Below are positions 11,895 to 22,100 of a stretch of 47,905 bases of DNA, piece after piece (positions within the stretch are counted from its first letter, which is position 1; every line of letters starts with the position of its first letter). The stretch covers positions 3,876 through 51,780 of the forward strand of contig NMRA01000604.1 in NCBI GenBank assembly GCA_002633005.1. The letters run 5' to 3'. Position numbers and translations under genes: made by a program. The notes beneath the pieces are model-generated. The model was not told the origin of the DNA and did not search any database. It worked only from the letters and a program-made list of their open reading frames with translations. This stretch comes from Phoronis australis (Eukaryota; Animalia; Phoronida).

Positions 11895-13126
11895 GTAATG
11901 ATTTAAACCTTCATCAGATTGTGTTATCTTTTAAACATCTGTATATGACAAGGTGAATGTCATTTGAAATCAGAGGTGCAAAAACGGCACACTTGTAACA
12001 CAGTCACACTGAGTCACAGGCACCTTAGTTTAGTTATATTGGGGCTTATTGGGCTTTATATTTACCGAAATGCAATGGATCATTCACTCGCAGCTGAGCA
12101 ACACATAGCCCCTCGTGTGGTTATATACATGCGATACACTCGGGCGATGTAATTGCCTAGCTAGCTGGTTGTACGTGAGGCATTTCATTTCATTTCTACG
12201 TCACTGAACTTTGGGTGCTTCTTTCTAGCTGGCGGGGATTTGTAACCACACTCACCACATTTTAGATTTTACTGTACTGACTCTCTATGTAACTAAGTTC
12301 TCTTTCAAAAGCATGTGATTCTCATGGAATTGTTCTCCCTTGTGAGATCCTAGATCCTGATGCATGTTTCGCTTGTTTATTTTGGAATGTTTGCAACTAT
12401 GGTTATTCATGCTTTATAGTGAGATGATAATATATTTCAATGTATTCAACAGTGATGTACAATAATATAGCCACCTCACGTCTCAACTGAACTTACACAT
12501 TTTTTGTAGGAATGTCGCTGTTAACTATAGTCTTGGTCAGCCGTACATCAGGCTACAAAGAGAGGTAATTAACAGACTTGTTATTTTTGCCGCAGTAAGC
12601 TTTGTCTAAATTAGGAATATATGTATCCAGGTTTTTCTAAATCATCTGTGGCTGTTTACTGTTTACTTCACTTGTAGAAGATGATCTCGTTATATACAAA
12701 TTAATGAAAATCTTGTGTTGCAGCTACCATTGCACTAGCAATCAGAAATGTATGTATTAAATGCAAAAATAAAATTTTAATTTAATGGCCGCGGTCTGAG
12801 GGCGGAAACGATTCCATCATGATGGCAGTGCCTTGAAATTCCATCTCTAATTCCCTAATTCTCAGTCATGGACAACAAAAAACCATCTATACAAATTCCA
12901 TACTTGTGCCCCTGATCTTCACACGTGTCAAACCTCATACTTGTTTGAACCAAACTCCATATCAATCAATCAGTCAATCAATCAATCAATCAACAGTCAT
13001 TCATTTTAGTGACCTGTAGCAACTGCTACCCAGCCACAGCTTGGGCTTATGAGTCACCATTTTCAAAGAGAACGTACATATCCGGGGACAAAACTGCAGA
13101 GTGGAGTGAGGTCACTGGAGTACTTT

Positions 13127-13176
<50 letters not shown>

Positions 13177-16159
13177 TTGCATGTGTGGAGTTTAGGGGTG
13201 GGGTATGCCAAATTTGTACTGCGGGTTTGGTGTTTCACTGGTCTAATCCTGGTGTTCAGGTGATTGTAGCTGATATGTAGAGTTGGGACCATGGAATCAG
13301 TTCCAACCCCTTCTTTAGCACTTGGTAAATTATCAGGTGTTGGGTGGTCTTTGAAATTTTGGAGGCACTGCTCAAACACAATTGGATGTCATCTGTTGGT
13401 TGTTGTTGCAGCAAAAGAACAACGCATGCCTCAGTGAGGCTCTTACCAAACTCAACATGGTGGAGTGCGTTCAAGATGTACGCATGTTCGCCTACGTGTT
13501 GCGTGTTGTTGAACTTCTGACTTGTTATTGGTTTGCTAAGTTGAGTGGTTCAGCCCAGAATCAACTGGTATGGGTGGCAAAGAGTGCCCTTAAGTATGGT
13601 AAGAAAATGACATTCAGAATGTGACAAAAAAGTAATCGGTCAAGATTCCAGTTTCCTGTCATGACAGCTAATTCATCACCAGTGAAATGACTTGTAATAA
13701 CTTTTATCACTTCAAATTCCAATTACATTATGAATTAGTCACGTGACTAACTTTAATTTTAATCCCCTTCATTCTTAGTCATGAGAGAAGACTTAACTCC
13801 AACCATGGATTCGGCTTCTGCCAAGCTGTTGTGACAGGGAATTCTGGGTCATTCTGGGCGAATACTTTTTGCGTATACTGTTGTACTAACGAGGAAATTC
13901 TGTTTAGACCAACCTATTGATTGATCAAAATATTTTCAGTTAGCAGAACGTGATAAGAACAATTCTATTATTGAATATGAATAATCACCACAGTCTCAGG
14001 TTCTATGAATAGAGTTGGCATCCTGTAGCAATAATCTTTTCAGACTTGTAATTACCAGTATCTACTCTATGCATAATTCAAATGCTGTACATGAACTTAA
14101 ATAGTATGTGTAAATGACCCTAACTTGACATTGCTTAAGCTGAGACAGTGGTTATTTAAAATGATTTTTAAATGTTTTCTGGATCTTAACAATGCTTATG
14201 CTGTATTCGACCGGTAGTCTCGATAGTTCAGTGGACTAGAGCGTCTGCACGGTTAGCAGAAGGTCTTGGGTTTGAGTCCCGATTGGAGCAGAAAGCTTTT
14301 CGTTAGGTCATGTGATGTGGCCAACAGGTGGCGTGCTGACCAGACTTAAAATGTTTACGGTTTAATAGTTGCATTGTTATTATATAATGATTCTTATGAT
14401 AAAGTTCTTCAGTTTGGCAAATAACAGGGAAGACGAGTGACATTCTATTTGTCGGATTTCTCAACACAAAATGTTTAGGAAATTTTTATTTGTCTTTTCA
14501 CTGTATACATGTTGATAACAAATTTTATAAGTGGCTGGCTATTTCTTTCAGTTGTGAATACTGGGAACTACATTCACAGAGTCAATTGTATTCTGACTCA
14601 TCAACAGCAAGCCCTAGTTGGTATGGTGAAACACAAAAAAGGTCCAAGATTTAAAAAGGCATTAGATGAACTGGATGAGGCTTTGGTGACGCTTAATGAC
14701 ATCGAGCCCTTTGAGGTAAAGTCTTTAACATTCATTTTCATTTTACAACTAGGGTATTTCCTATAGGAGGGGTTATTTCAGCATTTTGGTAAAAGTACTT
14801 GACGGAAATAAAGAATTCTATATCTATGGAAACTCATGGAAAAAGGACAACAGTCACTCAAAGGGATGCTGCATTTTGAGAACCAGTTTGATGCCTGTTA
14901 TTCAATAGAGAAAACTGGTTGTGTAAACGTGGGACCCCTGTGAATGACTATGAAACACCATTGAGATTGATTAATTAACATCCTGGAACTATTGGTCTCA
15001 ATTTCAGCGCAAAGAGGACTACAAACCTTCGTTGACTGATCTCCCTGATGAGGTTCTTGAGCGTATTGTTTACATGCTCTCCAGCCAGCAGGATTTAGAA
15101 AATTTTGGCAAGACATGCACTCGACTGCAGCGGATAACATCAGACCCGATGATATGGAAATCTTTGACCTATTGCAATTTTGAAAGAACAGCCATTAATC
15201 GCTTACTGCCAGCCAACGATTCAACAGATTGGCAGAGTACATACTCTAAATTAAACAAGTAGGCATTTCAACACTTTTATGCTCCCATATATATGTGTTT
15301 GTGTGTGTGCTTGTGCGTGTGCATGTGGGTGCTAATTGCTGTCATTTCTGTGTGTGTGTCTGGCCTCTGCTGCTGTATCTCCAAAACCTGTTGCATGATT
15401 TCATGGGTGATGTTGATTTTTGGATAGGTCTGCCTACTGCAGTCTCCCTGGGTGGTCATTTTTTGTGTCTGCGGCTATATCTCCTTTAATCCTTTGTAAG
15501 GTCTTTGCCGAATTGGTCACATTTGTTCTTGCAAAGTTTGCCTTGATTTTTGCACTGATCTAACTACTGTCGTGGACCCTAGAGCCAATTTTAGTTCTTT
15601 ACACTTACCGTTCCATCTCCGAAGTTCCTGCAGACAGGTCGCAATTTCTTTCATTGCCAAACACTTTGCGATGTTGGATTGTTTTGCATGAATAATTCAA
15701 ACAGCATCACAGTGATAATTTGATGGCATTAGGATTGCACATGATTTATTAAAAATTCTGTGAACTCCCATTACCTAAAATCTCCTTTCAAAGTAAACTG
15801 TAGGTGGTGCTGAATGTTGTATCTGAAGTGTGACTCTCATGGTCGTGTAGCGATAAAGCACATTTTGTCGCTATATCAGAAAATGGCTTATCCAGCTGTC
15901 TTATGTCCTCATCAAAATATCTCTGTTTTCCAGATACGGCACAGAACGAGTTACCTATGGCTGCATGCTTCAGCAATGTTGTCACTGTCGCAGTGTATTC
16001 TGGGAAGCACTTGGACACGAGTGTTTAGCAGAAGACGGGGAGGAACCAGAATATCAGATTATAATGCCACAGACATTCATTGAGATGTTTGACATGCACA
16101 TGGACCTAAACAGCCCAAACAATCGCAGGCAAAAGCAGACGTACAGTTACGGGTTATAA
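11713..16159 (+). CDS. FBXO32: F-box only protein 32/25-like (atrogin-1/MAFbx family), 6 coding exons, 354 aa
   Basis: Exons 11713-11894, 12510-12564, 13412-13598, 14552-14715, 15008-15258, 15934-16159. All GT-AG and phase-consistent (1065 nt). Motifs GEAWVKTSGGW, CLSEALTKLN..DVRMFAYVLRVVELL..LSGSAQ, F-box LTDLPDEVL and YGCMLQQCCHCRSVFW..GHEC align with FBXO32/25. Confidence 0.9.
12510..12564 (+). CDS. FBXO32: FBXO32-like coding exon 2
   Basis: tttttgtag| (R)NVAVNYSLGQPYIRLQRE |gtaatt; restores phase. Confidence 0.75.
12960..12994. repeat. (ATCA)n microsatellite
   Basis: Tandem ATCA units in FBXO intron 2. Confidence 0.9.
13129..13186. repeat. (TG)n/(TGCG)n microsatellite
   Basis: Read directly from the sequence. 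Confidence 0.95.
13412..13598 (+). CDS. FBXO32: FBXO32-like coding exon 3
   Basis: QKNNACLSEALTKLNMVECVQDVRMFAYVLRVVELL...LSGSAQ; G|GTAAGA donor. Confidence 0.9.
14200..14356 (+). mobile_element. tRNA-derived repeat (SINE-like arm of a foldback family), copy 1
   Basis: A-box TAGTTCAGTGG, B-box GGTTTGAGTCCC, near-complete cloverleaf, then a tail (TTAGGTCATGTGATGTGGCCAACAGGTGGCGTGCTGACCAGACTT) shared with the loci at 19360 and 30471. Confidence 0.8.
14552..14715 (+). CDS. FBXO32: FBXO32-like coding exon 4
   Basis: tttcag| VVNTGNYIHRV...IEPFE |gtaaag. Confidence 0.85.
14873..14937. repeat. Short hairpin repeat (TTTTGAGAACCAGTTT...AAACTGGTT), copy 1
   Basis: Similar to 18808-18878. Confidence 0.65.
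15008..15258 (+). CDS. FBXO32: FBXO32-like coding exon 5 (F-box)
   Basis: RKEDYKPSLTDLPDEVLERIVYML...WKSL..F...DWQSTYSKL. Confidence 0.92.
15934..16159 (+). CDS. FBXO32: FBXO32-like coding exon 6 (CxxC/H-C region, stop)
   Basis: YGTERVTYGCMLQQCCHCRSVFWEALGHEC...PQTFIEMF...YGL*. Confidence 0.9.
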
Positions 16160-16747
16160 AGAGACTTCACTGAAAAGTCCCTTGAAAGGCATTATGGTTC
16201 ATGTTCTGGGGTGGAACCCTTTGTTTCACGTCTCTTGAACGCAGTGAGTTAGTGGGACTGTACTCGTAATAACACCGAGGATGGAATGGAGGTCGCCGAT
16301 TGCTTCAACAAGAAGATATGCCGCCACTGTCCTGATTTACTTGAGTTTGACTTCAAACTTGGCGTAATCACACAGCAGTATCTGAGACTATATGTGGTTG
16401 CTGTACTCAAGAACTCCTACACTCAGCCTACTCTGATGTGTGTAAACTAGCACAATGTACTTGGGTTGGCATAACAAATAGGAGGTACAAGTGCGTACAG
16501 AAACTGGACGAAGTGAAAATTTACCACACGTTGTACTCCGTTTAAAATTGAACTTTGAATTTTTATTCCTGATTAGGAAAAATAGGGCGAGTATGGTTTT
16601 GTTTCAATATTTGCATCAGTAATGTGTGTAATTTGTATTTAAACAGTCTGTGTCTTGACTGCTCTATGATGCTTTGTCTATTTGCTAACTGCATGCCCAA
16701 TACTGAAGCATTACTGAGATTGTGCTCAGGTGTCATTTGCATTGTTT

Positions 16748-16801
16748 AATAAATAAATGTTAAATTAATACGTTTGAGTATTGTACGCATGTCAAAATAA
16801 A
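16748..16801 (+). terminator. Candidate polyadenylation signals of the FBXO32-like gene
   Basis: AATAAATAAA at 16748 and AATAAA at 16796, after a T-rich 3' UTR. Confidence 0.5.
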
Positions 16802-17652
16802 TATGTCGTACTGTCAGATAAAAGTAAAGCTCTTATGTTCAGACACATGTACGAACCTGGTTGCATATGTACTAGACTACAACAGTGCGATCACTTCCAC
16901 GTGCCTGTCACTGCCCTCGAGTTGAACAATGTCAAGGTCATTGTATCAGTCAAAGTGCACCTTAAAGACAAATATTAATTTGAAACAGTCAAATATTTTC
17001 TTTCAAGGGTTCAATGGCTTACTTGTGAAAACTGAACAAGCTAACTTAATAAATAACAAAGCCGTATTGGTTGTGCGACTGAATAGTGTATATGAAGGTC
17101 GACCAGAAATAATGGCAAGGTTGTACATAGTTCATTACACATTTCACATGTGCAACAGCCATTTTCCAATATAGCAGGGATGTAATTAAACGCACCACCC
17201 ACAGATCCTTGAGATTCAAGGTAGTGGGTTTCATTATTTATAAGTCATGCTGTCAAATAACAACTACAATTAACGAAACACAAATTATTGCAAAATTTCT
17301 TTGAAGTTGCATTTCGTCTTTGTCAACGTTTGCTATTTGTGCTCTATTCACACGCATCAATACGTTGCAGTTCAGTTCGTCTGGAGGTGACCAACAGGTG
17401 TCATTTCATTAGCCAGTTGTTTGTTCTTAAAATAAAGGCCCGAAAACAATATTTGAACCAAAATAAAATAGTCTTGGTACCCGTGCAGCTGCAGATCTGC
17501 CGATTGAGAAGTTTACCTGTAGTGGCAATGTGGTTTTGTGCTGGCACTAAGTTTTTGATGTGTTCCCTTTGGGGGTACAAACCTGAGAGACCCCCCCTGT
17601 AGATCCGCCACAACCATGAACATACTAATTTCTCGTCAATGTTTAACAATAT

Positions 17653-17658
17653 TTTATT
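17653..17658 (-). terminator. Candidate polyadenylation signal of FNBP4
   Basis: TTTATT on + (AATAAA on -) at the distal end of a tract that reads as a U-rich 3' UTR on the - strand. Confidence 0.35.
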
Positions 17659-18807
17659 TTCGTTTCATGTGAACAAACTACAGGTCGTACATTAATCACT
17701 GTCTGAAAATGTGATTCGTTTACAGACTTGTATGTAGCTTGAGATTTTACACCTTATTAAAACGTCAATATTTTACGTGGACAGTGTTTTAATATAAAAC
17801 AACATGGCACGAGTCATTTCTACAACTGACATTGATCAAGTCAACGAAAATAATACTATTCTACAAAAAATACAAAAAAGCGTTAAATTACATTCTTACA
17901 GTATATTCCTCTACACAATGACTTTCCAGACACCAGTTTACTTTGTTCAAAGTCCTTCATGCACGTTTTGTTGAAAATGCGACAAATGGAACGCAATGAA
18001 GGAAATATTGCACATAACATAACCTTGACACAGTTTCAACAAAACATACTTTGTGAACGCCATGCATAAGCACAGGCCTACAAAAATAAACAAACAAAAG
18101 TTCCCCATTACAGGCTGACACATTTAGGGAAAAATTCAAGTTCAACACATAAATAACAGAGCAAGAACTCCACAATCCAATGTTTGGGGGCAGCAGTTCC
18201 ACCTTACCAGTCCCCAGTAAAAGCGCAGCCTTGTGAGCGAGTATGAAAACATCCCACACCCCAATGGGCAAAAGCTCCCCAACTAGTATTACTGTGTCAG
18301 GGTCCAAATGTTATACTTTTGTTAACATAGTACACTGCCTGATCTAGGATGGTGCAAGAGGGGAAGGAGAGGTGCGGTCACATTTTCCAACAGGAAAACA
18401 TTAGCATTATCCCAGAAAATGTGCCGTCACTGTTTCCTTTCTTTGGCTGTGCCGGAGGGGGGGGGGGCTTATGTTTCCAAAAGTACTAAGAGGAATAAAC
18501 CAAACGAGTAAGAGAAGAAATGTCAAGAATTCCTCAGGCAGCGTTTCAACGCTTAATTGAATATAACCATCGATTGCAGTCCAAATTAGATATAATTTAA
18601 ACGTTCATCTGCTGTCCGTGGAACTGCCGACATTTAATTTCTAATTCACCTTAACAGTACCGTATTGCAGTTGGGATACAATAAAGTCCGTACAAAACCT
18701 AATGAAAACTGTTGCAAGTTTCATCGGAAGTGTTCATTCTGTGCTGCTTTAACACTTCATAAACGCTCTCAGACATCGAGCAAACATTGGCAATAGTCAC
18801 CTAAAGT

Positions 18808-18878
18808 GGTGCCAGATTTTGAGAACCAGTTTGATGCCTGTTATACTTTGGATAAAACTGGTTCTCAAAAGTTGGACC
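18808..18878. repeat. Short hairpin repeat, copy 2 (in FNBP4 3' UTR)
   Basis: TTTTGAGAACCAGTTT ... AAACTGGTTCTCAAAA perfect 16-bp stem. Confidence 0.75.
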
Positions 18879-19106
18879 TCTGTAGGTAACCATTAACCAA
18901 ACATCAGTAGTCCACTCCAGGACTTCACCACATTACTTCACAAACTAGGTCAAGTTCTGCTGACGCAAGAATACCACGAGTAAAGTGTGATCACGTGCGT
19001 GTTTTTGATGCATGGTGATATCTTGCAACGTCTTGCATGATTTTCGCTGATGTCTTGCAACTACAGAACGGGCATCTGGATGCAGACATACAGTCTGAGA
19101 CAGAGA

Positions 19107-19197
19107 CTATAGTTTCTTGGCCTTTCTCATGGCTAGCCGTCTTTCTCTCCAGTCACTCGGTACTTCCTCAAAGTTTGCACTGCCCTCGGCCATCCCA
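19107..19197 (-). CDS. FNBP4: FNBP4 coding exon 12 (stop)
   Basis: SGMAEGSANFEEVPSDWRERRLAMRKAKKL*. Confidence 0.9.
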
Positions 19198-22100
19198 CTG
19201 GAAAACCAAGGTTAACATCAATGCTAGTCTTCAGCATTGAAGCAGTACATGCGCTTCCATCTTGTTCAGGTAAGCAGCGTTACTTGAACCCAAACTGCAC
19301 TCAAGGATAACTTGTAAATGTAAAAACAACAAATAACGCGCATACAAATATTAAATGCTTTAACTGGCGTGGAAATGTACATTACCAACTTTTTTAAGTC
19401 TGGTCAGCACCCAACCTGTGGCCACAACATGTGGCCTGATAAGATTTCTGGGCCAACAAGGACTTGAACCCAGTGGTCCTGATGGCTCAGTGCACTACAG
19501 CGGTCAGCAGAAGGTCCCAGGTTCGAGTCTCAAATGAGGCAGAAACCATTTCAGACTTACATCATTAGGTCAAGTGATGTGTCCACAGGTGGCATGTTTA
19601 CCAGACTAAAAAATGTTTGCAAAATAATGCGCATATTGTATGAAAGATACGTTTTCTTTCGCCTAACAGCTTAACAGTGAAGTCAAGAAATACTGCAAAC
19701 TGGACTTCAATGATTGCAATGGTTTCAGGATTCATTTAAAATTGGGATGTGACGTGTAAGCCAAGTCCCAAATTCAACTGTTCTCTTTTACGAAGGTAGA
19801 AAATGCATTGTATGGTTGACCTAGATTTCAACATTTAGAGTGCTACTAATGCACTTCTGAAAAGTGTCGGACAAGTGAAGAACGCTACATCACCCATGGC
19901 TTGTCGTATTTTAAGTATGTCAGTATTAAAACTGGCTGTGCAATAGTTGAAACTTTAATAGGAAGAAAATAGTGACAAGTACAGCAGCAGTGCTTCATGG
20001 ACATGTGGCATTGTGGGTAAGAATCAGTGTGGCTTAGTGGTATTTCAGGATGCGGTTATTAATACTCTGGATTGTCTTTGTGGCAATGGAAGTAAAGTCT
20101 TTTGCATATTTGAGAAAATTTAGAAACGTGAACATGCCAAGTTTTAAATTTAGTTCTCTGGAGAGCTAACAAGGAGGAAATGCACTAGCAAGATCATCAG
20201 TCACGTGACCTGCCTACAGTTCAATAGGTTTTTCGTCAGATAAGAAGCAATGTGGATTTTTTCTCTCACTTCCTTTGGCATTATGGTGCTCATGTGTTAC
20301 TGTACACCAGGAAGTGACCAGTCGTTTTTAAGACCTCAAGCTGGTTTTCCACAAGCTGGGCTATAGACCTTACAGGAAGATGTGCAAGATGGCCACTTTG
20401 TCCCACCTTTTTCGAAAATATCGAAAAACACACGTAGTACATCGGTCTCACCTCATCAATTGTTCCTTCTTCCACTGCTCAATTCGCAGCCTCATTTTGG
20501 CCTCTGGATCCATCTCTTCGAACTCGTCTTCCTTCTTGGCCTCTTTTTTGACCTGAGACTGGATCTGTTGCCACTTCTGCACCAGGGTTGGGAAGTTCTT
20601 TTTCTTCAAGGCCAACGTTGATGGCCCCTTGGAACTCTACAATACATAACAACATTAAGTGCCACAGTACAACAAACCTGGTCTACAAAGTCGGCTTGCT
20701 TATGATATGCCATGTAACAAGTCCCAAGCTAACTGTAAAGAATATTTGTGAGCATTAAATACAATAAAAGTTTGAAAAGTTCCAAGCTGACCGTTGTAAC
20801 ATGGTTTGAATGTACCTATGACACTGTATTATATTACTGTTTTTCTTGTTGAGGGCCCTCTTGGAAAGCAGTGCTATCACTCAAGAGGCCACCCTCATTT
20901 TAAATATCACAAAAAAACAAATAAGAGAAAGAAATGGTAGCCACACAAAGCTAGATTTTCTGTTCAAGTCAAAACAAAATGATGAGCAGTTTAAAATTAC
21001 ATTTGACACTGATTCCAAAGTTCTACTCAAAGATGTTGCACACAGAACACGTCAAAATTCATCGGACACGATGATTGGGAATTTCGTCACAACAGCCGAG
21101 CCCAAGCACACTTTCCCCATCAGTACAAGAAGAATTCACCATCAAAGTAGCTTGAATGACAGGTCATTACACGTCATGACGGGGAAATGGTATTTTGTCC
21201 GATTACTTTTCGCATGTAAAGCAGTTTAAGTCATTACCTACTTAAATCAGCCATAAACAGGGGCCTTCTATCACAAAAAACAACTTTTGATTTACACTAT
21301 TTACTGTTATAAAATTGGTCTCAAATAGTTCATTTCAGGACTCCAAAAAATCAACACTACATTATTGCTTGTGACCGGGCGCTACAAGTTAGCTTGTCAC
21401 AGCATTTTTTGAAAATTACCACAAGGAGTCTTAGAACTCAGATTCATCCGTACGTCAGCTTAAGTTGTACACTTGTCAACAGGAACACACCTACGGTCCT
21501 TTATAGAATTCGGTTAATATTGCCACAGCCACAAAAAGTGAAACTTCCACTAAAAAGGGCTCAGCATGTCGGATTCATTCCAAAATCAACGTCAGGTATG
21601 CTCTACTTTCTATGGTCGATAAAAAGGAAACCAAAACACCAACATTGCCACTAGGTGGCGCATAACATGAGGAAGTCATCTGAAAATTGTCTCTTGATAC
21701 CACCCCCATGATACCAACATACCTGCCAAATTTGATACATTGAGTGACTTGGCAGATATGAAATGAAAGCAAACGCAAAAAATATTATGCCACTGGGTGG
21801 CCTAGCCAAATTTGTCAAAAAGTCATGCTCATCCATTGTCATTTTCATAGGAAGACCTGCACAATTTCACGAAGGGAAATACAGCTGATGCCACACAGCT
21901 GAACAGAAATGATAACAGCATGCACCCATGTCAGTATGTGTGGGCGCATAACAACAAGCATTTGAAATCAAAATCACAACATTCAAGTACCTTTTTCTTC
22001 TTCTTTTCTTTAGATCCTTCAGAAGAGCTCACTGACGGGCTTGAATGAGAGGCTTTCACAGTAGTGGGAGGGGCTGATAGTGGTGGGCGGATGACTTTTG

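Noticed and set aside
14216-14290. Functional tRNA gene (also at 30530-30602 and 39194-39262)
   Set aside because: Non-canonical anticodon loop or unpaired acceptor stem; the 14.2- and 30.5-kb copies also share a non-tRNA tail. These are tRNA-derived repeats.
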